From an uncultured Lachnospiraceae bacterium (lineage in GTDB: Bacteria > Bacillota > Clostridia > Lachnospirales > Lachnospiraceae), in contig CAMOIJ010000001.1 of the NCBI GenBank assembly GCA_946615865.1, positions 35,640-99,639 on the forward strand: a DNA stretch of 64,000 nucleotides, read 5' to 3'. Below the pieces are notes generated by a model that was given only the letters and a program-made list of their open reading frames with translations, did no database searches and had not been told where the DNA came from. A program made the translations under genes and the position numbers. Positions 28,045-37,787 of the stretch are shown here, piece by piece; the stretch's first letter is position 1; each line of letters begins with the position of its first letter.

Positions 28045-28583
28045 TCAACTCCAAAATGAAGATCGCCGCCGCCAGCCCGCTGTTCCATATCTGTGGAGGT
28101 TGCGTTCTCCGTGGGTTGCCTGGCCGGCTGCGCTGATCTTTCCCCTCAGTTTTTCCAGTTCCGCCGTGAGCACCCGCACCGTCATCTCCTGTTCCATCTC
28201 AAGAAGACCCAATGCTGTGAGCTCCCTCTGCTCCTTCAGGCATCGTCCCGCTCCCGCGCAAAAGATCCCGAAGGTGAATATAGCGCCCTTGTGCGTGTTC
28301 ACCCCGCCGGTCGCGGCGTACATCGCCTGCTCCGCGTCCATGCCCACACTTCGAAGGCCCATGAAAAGTTCCTCCGCGGATCCGTCAAAAGAGAGACCTT
28401 CCCTCGCCATTTGGACAAAAAGCGGCGCAGTGCTTCCGCGCTGCGTCTGAAGGTTCCTGCGTCCATATCTGTATGAGCGCCGTTGGAATACAGGTCCACA
28501 AGCCCGGGCTTGAGAGTTGTATTTACCTCTTCGATAAGAGCATTATAGGCGCATTCTCCGATCCATTCCGCCGTTCCGGTCAA
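28045..28583 (-). pseudogene. citG: triphosphoribosyl-dephospho-CoA synthase, frameshifted and 3'-truncated
   Basis: EVNTTLKPGLVD...GAHTDMD in one frame; ATGGVNTHKGAIF and THGE...YG in the next; shift near 28420. Confidence 0.85.
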
Positions 28584-28644
28584 TTTTTCTTTCCTCTCTG
28601 TCCATTACCAGTGGCGGTGCGGCACTGCGGTTTCAAGGCGTTCT

Positions 28645-28990
28645 CTATCCCCTTACCATCGGCAGTACGCCGTAGAAGATCACGCCCAGCATAGCTGAAC
28701 TCACGATGACCATCGGCACCGACCACTTTCTCTTAATAAGAAGATACAGCATAAGCGCCGCTATGCCAATGGAAAAGGGCTGAACTGCTCCTTCTACAAA
28801 ATATGTCGTCGAACTCAGTGTCACGATAACGCTGAGGATCATGGCGATACAGATTGGTTTTACGACGAACATGATGCGCCGCATCACGCTGCTTTCCTTA
28901 AATTTCTCAAAGAAAACAGCAATGACCAAAGTCAGTGTAAAAGCAGGCGTCAGAACGCCCAGCACCGCTATAAGTCCGCCCAGGAAAAAA
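28645..28990 (-). pseudogene. chromate transporter (CHR family) C-terminal remnant
   Basis: GGLIAVLGVLTPAFTL...VKPICIAMIL...KWSVPMVIVSSAMLG; 5' half replaced by antisense LysR sequence. Confidence 0.75.
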
Positions 28991-29910
28991 GCATCACTAA
29001 GGCCGCCGGAAAACTCTTTATCTCTCAGCCTTCGCTGACGCTGAGCATTCAGAATCTCGAGAAGGAACTGGGAGTCGAACTCTTCGAGCGAAGCCGAGGG
29101 GCCATGACACTGACCTATGCCGGCAGGTTCTATTACGACTGGGCTCTGAACACGCTGCACTCCCGGGAGCAGCTGGACGCGCGGATCGGGGATATCAAGG
29201 ACGAGAGCAGCCATTTGATCCGCCTTGGAATCAGCCCGCACAGAAGCGTGATCCTGCTGCCTGAAATCCTGCCCCGCTTTTATGAGCAGTTTCCCACCAG
29301 CGAGATCTTTCTGGAGGAAAGGCCAACTTACCAGCTGAGGACTATGCTGGAGGAGGAACAGCTGGACCTTATGATCGATGTCCCCCACCCGGATTCCCTG
29401 AATTACCAAAACATTGTTCTTGCTCAGGAGCATCTGGTCCTGGCTGTTCCCGAAAGATATATAAAAGAGCTCCCGGAAGTTTCCCCGGAAGCTCAAACCA
29501 TCACTATGGATCCGTCAAAGGCGACGGAAAGAGTTGTACCAATGCAGTATTTCGCCGGACTGCCCTTTTTCATGCTGGCTGAACCCCAGAATCTGGCAGC
29601 GCTCTCGAGACGCATCTACGAGTCAGCAGGATTTCTGCCGCAGACAAGGATGGTATGCAGCAGGATCGTCACTGCGCTCGAACTGGTGGGATGCGGGCTC
29701 GGTATCGTGCTGGCCCCTGAGATCTACTCTCTTCCGGGATACGCGCAGGAGGGCGTTCGCTATTTTCACATAGAGCCTCTGGCGACAGACCAACTCGATG
29801 TACGCCAGATCTGCCTGGTCTACCGTAAATCCCTCTATCTGCATTCCGGCCTCAAGGCGCTGATCGACCTGTTCGTCGAGCGCACTCCCGAAATATACCG
29901 GAGCACGTGA
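28978..29910 (+). pseudogene. LysR family regulator lacking its start and first helix
   Basis: AQEKSITKAAGKLFISQPSLTLSIQNLEKELGVELFER in frame upstream of ATG 29104, with no start codon seen in the preceding ~20 codons; substrate-binding domain intact. Confidence 0.75.
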
Positions 29911-29942
29911 AAAAGCAGCCCGCAAAGACCGGGCTGCTTTTC
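29910..29942. terminator. bidirectional terminator
   Basis: AAAAAGCAGCCCG...CGGGCTGCTTTTT between convergent genes. Confidence 0.8.
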
Positions 29943-29956
29943 CTTCTTCTGCCTGC

Positions 29957-31579
29957 TTATTTCAGTTCAAATCCCAGCATTGTCAGGTCGTCGAACTGAG
30001 GCCTGTCTCCGACAAACTCTTTGACGCTCTTATGCACGCCCTCCAAAATCTCCTGCGGCGAGCTGTCCCGGTACTGATTCAGGGCTGCCAGCATCCTGCC
30101 TGTCGTGTACAGTTTGTCAAACTGATCGGTAGCTTCCGGCACGCCGTCCGTGTAAACGAACAGCTTGTCTCCGCTGCCGAGATGGATATCGTAATCTGTA
30201 TACTCGATGTTCGGAAATACGCCGACAGCGACATTGTGCTTGGTCTTATAGAGTTCAAAAGATCCGCCCTTGCGATAGAGCGCCGGCTCTTCATGACCTG
30301 CGTTGACAAAAGTAAGTCTGCCCGTGGAAATCTCCAGAATCCCAAGCCAAATCGTGACAAAAAGGGTCGCCTCGTTGTGTTCGCAGATATTATTGTTGAC
30401 AAAAGCCATGATCTCCGCAGGCGTTCCGCCCATACTGGCCCGGTTGTTGATCACAATATTGATCGCCATCATAAACAGAGCAGCGGGCACTCCTTTGTCC
30501 GAAACATCGCCGATCCACATAGCCAGATGATCGTCATCGAGCAGACGGAAGTTATAGAAGTCTCCTCCGACTTCTCTGGCCGGCTTCATGTAAGCATATA
30601 TGTCAAAATCCGTTCTGTCGGGGAAAGCCGGAAATTTGGTAGGCAGAGAGCTGTGCTGTATATTTTTGGCAAAAGACAGCTCCATCCCGATCCTCTCTCT
30701 TTCCGCCGTGTAGGCGGTCAGATTTTCAATATAGTTGACCATGTCCGTCTCCATCTTATCGATCGAGCGTGACAGGGTATCGATCTCCTCAAATCTGCTT
30801 ACATTTCCAAGTTCCTCGCCCTTGGTGTTCTCCCTCGCGAAACGGGACGCCTCGTCCGAGACTCTCTTGATCGGGATAAAAACCCATTTTGCCAGGGATC
30901 TTGCCGCCAAATGCGAGGCCAGCGCACCCATAATAAGGACTATGACGACAATGTGCAGCATGAATCTTATAATGGCCGTCTCCAGTTCATGGATTGGCCG
31001 CTGAATACACAGAAGAGCCGTCACATCTCCTTCCGAGTTCGTGACCGGCACGATCGTAGTGATATGCGGCTTCAGCCCCTGCTCGGGGCGCAGCCGGTAT
31101 ATAGTCGCATACTCTTTCTCTTTGGCGTATAAGGCTTCGTAATTCTTCCTGTATTCCTCATTGGTTGTCTCGCGCTTATGTCCGATCTCCCAGGGAACGT
31201 AATTGGAGTCATCCACGGTATTATCCACCGCGTTGAAAACCGACACAAATCTCTCATAATCACTCTGATCCACGTCGATTACATAGATCAAAGAGACACT
31301 CATCCTATGGCAGTAGGCGTCCAGAATCCTCTTGGTCCGAGCGTACTCTTCCGGCTCTTCCCCCGCCAGATAAGCCTTGATATGGTCACCGTTTACCAAA
31401 GAGGCAGCTGTATACGCCATATGAAACGTGGTAGTCGAATTCATTTCATCGAAAGCGCTTGTGAAGCTCACTATACCGCTTATACACACAATGATCCCGA
31501 ACAGCGCCAGCAGGCACACAACTCCGGACGTTATATAAACGGCCATATTAGACCGCAATTTCCTTATCTTTTCTAACAT
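29957..31579 (-). CDS. membrane sensor PP2C/SpoIIE (RsbU-like) phosphatase with HAMP domain
   Basis: 2 TM, PAREVGGDFY, IGDVSDKGVPAALFM, NAGHE, YTDGVPEA, QFDDLT. Confidence 0.9.
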   Translation of the reverse strand: MLEKIRKLRSNMAVYITSGVVCLLALFGIIVCISGIVSFTSAFDEMNSTTTFHMAYTAASLVNGDHIKAYLAGEEPEEYARTKRILDAYCHRMSVSLIYVIDVDQSDYERFVSVFNAVDNTVDDSNYVPWEIGHKRETTNEEYRKNYEALYAKEKEYATIYRLRPEQGLKPHITTIVPVTNSEGDVTALLCIQRPIHELETAIIRFMLHIVVIVLIMGALASHLAARSLAKWVFIPIKRVSDEASRFARENTKGEELGNVSRFEEIDTLSRSIDKMETDMVNYIENLTAYTAERERIGMELSFAKNIQHSSLPTKFPAFPDRTDFDIYAYMKPAREVGGDFYNFRLLDDDHLAMWIGDVSDKGVPAALFMMAINIVINNRASMGGTPAEIMAFVNNNICEHNEATLFVTIWLGILEISTGRLTFVNAGHEEPALYRKGGSFELYKTKHNVAVGVFPNIEYTDYDIHLGSGDKLFVYTDGVPEATDQFDKLYTTGRMLAALNQYRDSSPQEILEGVHKSVKEFVGDRPQFDDLTMLGFELK

Positions 31580-31636
31580 CGGTCTTCTCCCCGGACACTC
31601 ACAAAATTATTTCGACCATTACATTCATTCTAGCAT

Positions 31637-31666
31637 AAAAAAGCCGCTGCATCACAGCAGCGGCTT
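31637..31666 (-). terminator. intrinsic terminator
   Basis: AAGCCGCTGC/GCAGCGGCTT stem with T tail on minus strand. Confidence 0.7.
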
Positions 31667-31726
31667 AGTTTCATTATCCTTTATCAAGTTCAAAAGTTCA
31701 GGTATATGTGGCTTTCTGCAGCAGCA

Positions 31727-32179
31727 TCAGTTCTGCGTTTCCACTGAAGCCCGCTGCACAGTCATATTGATCGTGCCGTTGGTATTCTTCTCAGGCAGCA
31801 CCGTTACTCTGTAGGAGCCGGGATCCACAGTGCAAGTCACAACTCCGCTGCCGGTCACCATGATCTCATAATCCGGATTCTCGGTATCGGGTAATTCATC
31901 GGCGTTTTCGTTCTCAGCGCCGGACTTGAGCTGGATCACAACTTTGTCATCTTCTTCAAGACTGGGTTCGACCACGATCTCTTCTCCCTCCGCGATGATC
32001 AGCGCCGCGGATGACACGGAACTTCCCTCATCTGTATCTGAAAGATCGATCTCACATGATTTTTCATTTTCGATCACGATCGACATCATGGAGTTGGACT
32101 CTTCAATTTTGCCGCATCCGACTGCCGCAAGGGCCAGGATCATAACTGCTGCCGCTGTGAATAACATAACCTTTTTCAT
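31727..32179 (-). CDS. hypothetical acidic lipoprotein
   Basis: MKKV...LAAVGC lipobox after AAGGAG; beta-rich mature domain. Confidence 0.75.
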   Translation of the reverse strand: MKKVMLFTAAAVMILALAAVGCGKIEESNSMMSIVIENEKSCEIDLSDTDEGSSVSSAALIIAEGEEIVVEPSLEEDDKVVIQLKSGAENENADELPDTENPDYEIMVTGSGVVTCTVDPGSYRVTVLPEKNTNGTINMTVQRASVETQN

Positions 32180-32273
32180 AACTATCTCCTTTTGCCAAAA
32201 TATTGAATCAATTATTTGTTTTTTGCATAACTGTTCAAATATACGGCACGGCAGCTCAAATACCACGGTCGAT

Positions 32274-33575
32274 TTACGCTATTTTGGCTTTTTTCTCGAA
32301 GCGGGCCCTGTTCTTGGCGTCGTCCGCGCCTGCCTGGATCTCGCCGGCCTTCGTCAGTGCGATCCTCGTCAGCTGCGGGCCTGCCAGCTCATAGACCAGG
32401 ACACTGAAGAGTATGATATTGCGCACCATGCTGCCCATCTCTTCTCCCAGTGCCTGCGCTGTGACCACCATGCCGAGCGCAACGCCGGCCTGCGGGAACA
32501 GAGTGATTCCGAGATATTTGCGGACCGTCTCATTGCAGTGCATGAGTGAACTGCTGAGCCGAGCGCCGTAATACTTTCCGAGGCAGCGCGCCAGGATATA
32601 GACAACGCCGATCAGCACGATTGCGGGATAGCGGAACACGCCCAGATCCAGCTCCGCGCCGGACAGCACGAAGAAGAGCGCGTACAGCGGCGACGTCCAC
32701 TTGGATGAACGGTTCATGATATCCACAGAATACTCGCTGAAATTACAGAAGACCGTTCCCAGCATCATACATACAAGTAGTGACGAAAAACTGATCTTTG
32801 CTCCACCGCCGAGTTCAAATTCCTGCGAAGCCATCGCGATCGTCATGATCACGAAAGAGATCGTCAGAGACAGGCGGTTGGAGTTGGAGAAGAAAATTTT
32901 CTCCAGCACAGTGAGCAGCGTTCCCATCACCGCGCCCAGGATCAGTGAAAACACAATTTCCAGCAGCGGATTGACAATGACCGAAATGAAGTCCAGTGTT
33001 CCGCCGGCCATTGCCTGCGCTATGCCAAAAGATACCGAGAACACGACCAGTCCCACCGCGTCATCGAGTGCGACTATGGGAAGGAGCAGTTCTGTGACCG
33101 GGCCTTTGGCCTTGTACTGTCTGACGACCATAAGGGTCGCTGCGGGCGCAGTAGCTGATGCGATCGCGCCCAAAGTGATCGCTACAGGAAGCGGCAGCAC
33201 TTCCGGCCCGAGAATAAAATGAAGCATGATCAGGACCGCGTCGACAAGCAGTGTCGCCATCAGAGCCTGAATTACGCCGATCACAGTGGCCGTTTTTCCC
33301 GTCTCCTTCAAATGTGCCAGACGGAACTCGTTGCCGATATCAAAGGCAATAAATCCAAGGGCGACATTACTGAGGGGACTTACAGTCTCAAGGTCCTGCA
33401 TCGTATTGAACCCTACTCCGTGAATGCCAAGTCTTCCCAATACAAAGGGACCTACAAGAACGCCGGCGATCAGAAACGCCGTTACATCCGGAAAGTTCAG
33501 TTTCATATACTTGAAAACACGGGTCATCATCAGCCCGGCAAACAACGCAAGTGCAGTTTCCAGTAACATGCTCAT
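32274..33575 (-). CDS. cation:proton antiporter (CPA2/Na+/H+ exchanger family)
   Basis: LGFIAFDIGNEF, ATAPAAT, VALDDA, FFVLSGAEL, R.LGKY.G, PQAGVALG. Confidence 0.9.
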   Translation of the reverse strand: MSMLLETALALFAGLMMTRVFKYMKLNFPDVTAFLIAGVLVGPFVLGRLGIHGVGFNTMQDLETVSPLSNVALGFIAFDIGNEFRLAHLKETGKTATVIGVIQALMATLLVDAVLIMLHFILGPEVLPLPVAITLGAIASATAPAATLMVVRQYKAKGPVTELLLPIVALDDAVGLVVFSVSFGIAQAMAGGTLDFISVIVNPLLEIVFSLILGAVMGTLLTVLEKIFFSNSNRLSLTISFVIMTIAMASQEFELGGGAKISFSSLLVCMMLGTVFCNFSEYSVDIMNRSSKWTSPLYALFFVLSGAELDLGVFRYPAIVLIGVVYILARCLGKYYGARLSSSLMHCNETVRKYLGITLFPQAGVALGMVVTAQALGEEMGSMVRNIILFSVLVYELAGPQLTRIALTKAGEIQAGADDAKNRARFEKKAKIA

Positions 33576-33630
33576 AACGATTCCTCTTTTCTATAATGAC
33601 TGATAAGAGCGCCTGCGGCGCCACTGCAAT

Positions 33631-33724
33631 AAAAAAAACTCCAGTCAGTCATGAGCATAGCATGTCCATCCTGGCGGTTTTCTTTGGAACGCCCCAATTA
33701 TAGCACCGGAAAGCAGAAATACAA
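33631..33724 (-). promoter_or_regulatory. promoter plus terminator-containing leader of antiporter (candidate riboswitch/attenuator)
   Basis: TTGTAT-16-TATAAT with extended TG; leader hairpin ending CTGGAG followed by 8 T, about 55 nt before start codon. Confidence 0.5.
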
Positions 33725-33895
33725 GCCGCATGTCGGATATGACATAATACAGGTCAAAAATGACATGTTTAGCCGGGAACCAAATCTTGGTTTTTGCATA
33801 TGAAACAATTTAAGAAATCGCGCCCATCTAGTATAATAAATGTAAACATTATCTAAACTGAGCAATAATGCACACAGCTTACAGGAGGGTAAATC

Positions 33896-34246
33896 ATGAT
33901 TAGAAGAAGCGACGATAAGATCAGCATCAGAAAGCCGTCTCCCTTTAACGGTGTCGGTGAGATCACTGTGAGAAGCCTTTTGAACGGACCTGAGGAAATG
34001 GAGAATAAGGGACGTGTATTCGGGCATACGACGGTGTATCCCGGAAGCAAGATCGGCCTCCACACGCACAAGGGCGACGCTGAGACCTATTACATCCTTT
34101 CCGGAAGCGGCAAGTACAACGACAACGGCACGATCGTTGATGTACAGCCCGGCGATGTATACTACTGCGGTGACGGCGAGTGCCATTCCATCGAGGCCAT
34201 CGGCGAGCCGATCGAGATGATCGCGCTGATCCTGTACACAACCTGA
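33896..34246 (+). CDS. cupin domain protein
   Basis: PGSKIGLHTH.GDAETYYILSG.G and V.PGD.......ECHSI cupin motifs. Confidence 0.9.
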   Translation: MIRRSDDKISIRKPSPFNGVGEITVRSLLNGPEEMENKGRVFGHTTVYPGSKIGLHTHKGDAETYYILSGSGKYNDNGTIVDVQPGDVYYCGDGECHSIEAIGEPIEMIALILYTT

Positions 34247-34264
34247 TAATAATTGCGGCAAAGG

Positions 34265-34311
34265 AAAAGGGGCCGGGAAAGAAATGGAGGACATTTCTTC
34301 CCGGCCCCTTT
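34265..34311. terminator. bidirectional terminator
   Basis: AAAGGGGCCGGGAA...TTCCCGGCCCCTTT. Confidence 0.8.
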
Positions 34312-34325
34312 ATTTAGCAATCAGC

Positions 34326-35240
34326 TCAGCTGAAATAGACAAGTTTAGCGTTGTTGTAGTAGATGTCTTCCAGCTCTTTCTGTGAGAATACATTGGACTT
34401 CTCAAGATAATCTGTGAGATGCTCGTAGGAATCCTGCGTAGCAGCGAACGGAGCATCTGTGCCCCACATCATCCTGTCAGCGCCGATGATATCTCTCGCT
34501 TCCGCCAGAGTATCGACCGTTTCCGGATAAGGATAGACATCGGGGGACATGATCTTGGGCATCGCGGCGATGTCGAACCAGACATTAGCCTGGCTGAGCA
34601 TCTGCAGCTCTGCCTTCCACTCTTTCTTCTTCTCTCTCATGGGAGCAAGAAGGTGGCAGATCACGACCTTAAGATCAGGGCATCTGTCAGCAATGCGCAT
34701 CAGAGCGGCGGTCTGGTGGCTCTCCATCAGAATATCGCCGACATCCAGCGCAACCACGCCTTTATGCTTCTCGATCAGCTTGTAGATCTCCATCATTCTG
34801 TCGCCTGACAGATCGAAGGGATCGTGGCAGCCCATGAGGCCGCCGCCGGAGCTGACTTCAAATTTGACGAGATGGAAATGCTTCTCTTCCAGGAATCTGT
34901 GCAGTGTCTCCATGTGATTGGTAGCGAAAGGCTCCACCTCACAGGAAGGGCAGAAGCGATCGGGATACTTCTCGAGAAGCTCCTCGTGATAGATATTCTG
35001 GAAGCCGTACATGCTGCCGTTCATCAGAACAGCTCTCTCCACGTCGTTGCGGTCCATGATCGCCAGGGCCTGCTCCGCTGTGAAGCAGTCCTCGCCATAA
35101 TCGCCGTTCTGCGGGAAAAGCTGGAATACTTCGCCGCTTCCCCACTGGCATTTGCCGCCGCCGATGGCGCGCAGCTCACCGCGTCTGCAGTAACCTGCTA
35201 CGATCTTGGCCAAATGTAAATGTGCATCAATTTTTTTCAT
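34326..35240 (-). CDS. amidohydrolase_2 family metal-dependent hydrolase (lactonase-like)
   Basis: IDAHLH, VVICHL, VWFDIAA, MMWGTDAPF, NNA..VY. Confidence 0.85.
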   Translation of the reverse strand: MKKIDAHLHLAKIVAGYCRRGELRAIGGGKCQWGSGEVFQLFPQNGDYGEDCFTAEQALAIMDRNDVERAVLMNGSMYGFQNIYHEELLEKYPDRFCPSCEVEPFATNHMETLHRFLEEKHFHLVKFEVSSGGGLMGCHDPFDLSGDRMMEIYKLIEKHKGVVALDVGDILMESHQTAALMRIADRCPDLKVVICHLLAPMREKKKEWKAELQMLSQANVWFDIAAMPKIMSPDVYPYPETVDTLAEARDIIGADRMMWGTDAPFAATQDSYEHLTDYLEKSNVFSQKELEDIYYNNAKLVYFS

Positions 35241-35286
35241 AAGTAATCCTCATTCTGACATCATTTATGATTGTTCAGCCAAAAGA

Positions 35287-36273
35287 TCAGGCGTTTGCTT
35301 TTTTGACCTTTTTAACTTTCTTTCTGGACTGATCAGCATGCTGCATAGCATCGAACGCAACTGCTACTACGATGACCAGACCCTTTACCAGTCCTGCATG
35401 TGTGGACGGTACGGACATCAGGTTCAGACCGTTGTTCAGAAGTCCCATAAGGACTGCACCGAAGATCGCGCCGGGAACGGTACCTTCGCCGCCGAGAAGG
35501 GAAACACCGCCGATAACGGCTGCCGTGATAACGTCATTGGTGTATCCTGCGCCGGTGGAGGAGGACGCCTGCTGCGTCATGGACGCGAGAACGATACCAC
35601 CCATAGCTGTTGTGAGACCGGAGAGAACGTAGCAAACGATCGATACAAGCTTTACGTTGATACCGGAAATCTCAGATGCTGTAGGGTTGCCGCCGACTGC
35701 ATAGACATATCTGCCGTATACAGTCTTTCTGAGCACATACCAGCTGACAAGCGCGATGACCACCATGAAATATACAGGGAGCGGGAATCCAAGGATCTTG
35801 AAAGCACCGATCGCCGTGAACGCGGGAACTGTGCAGCTGATGATCTTGTTGTTGGTCATGACCATAGCAAGTCCGAGGAAAATACTCTGCGTGGCAAATG
35901 TCACCAGGAAAGCCGGGATCTTGAACGTCGTGATGACAATACCGTGAATGGCACCTGCCAGGGCACCTGCAATCAGAGCCGCAAACACACCTGCAAATAC
36001 AGCGCCGGGCGTATCTCCCATATTATGAGTGACCGTGACGGCAATAACTGCGGAGAACGCGCACAAGGTCGCAATGGAAAGGTCGATACCGCCGATCAGG
36101 AAAACGAAGATCGTTCCGGAGACCATGATACCGATAACTGCTACTGACCACAGCACGTTACTGAAGTTATCCAGTGAAAGGAATGCCTTCGGGCGAAGGA
36201 TGGACAAAACAACAATAAATGCGACGAGGATGATCGGCTTACTGTATTTACTCCAGTTAAAATTCTTCATCAT
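35287..36273 (-). CDS. monosaccharide ABC permease (RbsC family)
   Basis: GGIDLS, IPAFLVT, YGRYVYAVGGN..ASEISGI, AAVIGGVSL.GGEG. Confidence 0.9.
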   Translation of the reverse strand: MMKNFNWSKYSKPIILVAFIVVLSILRPKAFLSLDNFSNVLWSVAVIGIMVSGTIFVFLIGGIDLSIATLCAFSAVIAVTVTHNMGDTPGAVFAGVFAALIAGALAGAIHGIVITTFKIPAFLVTFATQSIFLGLAMVMTNNKIISCTVPAFTAIGAFKILGFPLPVYFMVVIALVSWYVLRKTVYGRYVYAVGGNPTASEISGINVKLVSIVCYVLSGLTTAMGGIVLASMTQQASSSTGAGYTNDVITAAVIGGVSLLGGEGTVPGAIFGAVLMGLLNNGLNLMSVPSTHAGLVKGLVIVVAVAFDAMQHADQSRKKVKKVKKANA

Positions 36274-37787
36274 TCCGCCTCCTCTTCTACACCCTGTCCA
36301 GCGGAGAGTACCTTGGACTGCGTGACCTCTACATTCTTAAACTCTTTCACAATATCGCCCTTACGCATGACGATGATCCTGTGTGAGACACGAAGCAGCT
36401 CCTGCAGGTCAGATGTAACAACGATGACCGCCACGCCCTGCTTAGCAAGGTTCTCCAGGATCTGATAGATCTCGTCCTTAGCACCGACGTCGATACCGGC
36501 CGTAGGCTCGTCAACGATCAGGAGCTTAAGATCTCTCATCAGCCATTTGCCAAGAACGACCTTCTGCTGGTTACCGCCGGACATAACGCCGACCTGCTTG
36601 TTGGGATCGGCGGGACGGATATCGATGGCCTGGATCGCTCTCTTGGCCATTGCCAGCTCATCCGCATCCGAAATGGAGGTACCGCTGATCTTGACAATGT
36701 CGTAGTTGGTAAGAGCAACGTTCTTGATCGTGGACAGAAGCGGAATGAATCCCTGATTTCTTCTGTCCTCCGGAACGAATCCGATTCCTTCGAGGATGCT
36801 TGCCTTAGGAGAAGGATCGAGCTTCTTGCCGTCCAGCCATACTTCGCCGGATGCGGCCTTGTCCACACCGTAGATCGCACGGACAACTTCTGTTCTTCCT
36901 GCACCGATCAGACCGCCGAGGCCGAGGATCTCTCCTCTGTGGACCTGGAAGCTGATATTGCGATAGCGGTCAGTCTTGTCTGTGAGGTTCTTGACATCCA
37001 GTCTGACTTCCGCGCTGTCATCAGAGTGAAGCATCTTGCGGGAGCCGGCGGATTCGTCGACTACCTTACCGATCATGGTCTCGATGACCTTGGCGGGAAT
37101 GATATCCTGTTTCTCAAGGATCGCCGCGTTCTTACCGTCTCGCAGGATCGTCAGACGATCGGAAAGCATATAAACTTCCTCAAGTCTGTGGGAAATATAG
37201 ATGATCGAAACGCCTTCGCTGCGCAGCTTCTGGATGATCTTGAACAGCATCTCCGCTTCTTTACCGGAAAGGGAAGCTGTGGGCTCGTCCATGATCAGCA
37301 GCTTGGAATCCTGGGACAGACCCTTGAGAATCTCGATCAGCTGTCTCTGGCCGATACCCAGATTGTCCACAACCGTTGTGGGCTTTAAGGGGAACTGATA
37401 TTTGTCGATCAGTTCCTGGGTCATCTGATTCATCTTGGCATAATCAATAAAGACACCTTTGCGGGGCTCTCTGCCGAGGAAAACGTTCTGTGCTACCGTC
37501 AGAGGCGGGATTACGGAAAGCTCCTGATAGATACACGCTACGCCCAGTTTCTGGCAGTCCTGATAGTTGTTGATCTCTACCGGCTGACCTTCCCAGTAAA
37601 TCTGGCCTGCATCTTTTGTGTAAACGCCTGTGATGATCTTGATCAGTGTGGACTTACCGGCACCGTTCTCTCCCATCAGCGCATGTACTTCACCGGCTTT
37701 TACTTCAAAGTGAACATCCTGAAGAACCGGAACGCCGGAAAAGCTCTTATAAATGCCTTTGGCTTCAATTAATGTATTTCCTGCCAT
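36270..37787 (-). CDS. monosaccharide ABC ATP-binding protein (RbsA family)
   Basis: GENGAGKST, DEPTASL, SGGNQQK, DEPTAGIDVGAK. Confidence 0.92.
   Translation of the reverse strand: MAGNTLIEAKGIYKSFSGVPVLQDVHFEVKAGEVHALMGENGAGKSTLIKIITGVYTKDAGQIYWEGQPVEINNYQDCQKLGVACIYQELSVIPPLTVAQNVFLGREPRKGVFIDYAKMNQMTQELIDKYQFPLKPTTVVDNLGIGQRQLIEILKGLSQDSKLLIMDEPTASLSGKEAEMLFKIIQKLRSEGVSIIYISHRLEEVYMLSDRLTILRDGKNAAILEKQDIIPAKVIETMIGKVVDESAGSRKMLHSDDSAEVRLDVKNLTDKTDRYRNISFQVHRGEILGLGGLIGAGRTEVVRAIYGVDKAASGEVWLDGKKLDPSPKASILEGIGFVPEDRRNQGFIPLLSTIKNVALTNYDIVKISGTSISDADELAMAKRAIQAIDIRPADPNKQVGVMSGGNQQKVVLGKWLMRDLKLLIVDEPTAGIDVGAKDEIYQILENLAKQGVAVIVVTSDLQELLRVSHRIIVMRKGDIVKEFKNVEVTQSKVLSAGQGVEEEAE

Noticed and set aside
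28410-28430. Programmed ribosomal frameshift in citG
   Set aside because: The gene is also truncated and its neighbours are decapitated, so decay or sequencing error is more parsimonious.
27755-28450. 231-aa plus-strand ORF as a transposase or real gene
   Set aside because: No recognisable motifs; it spans the AT-rich IR element and the antisense of the citG remnant.
28645-29496. 283-aa minus-strand ORF as a genuine fusion protein
   Set aside because: The N-terminal ~165 aa are antisense to LysR; only the C-terminal part is CHR-like.
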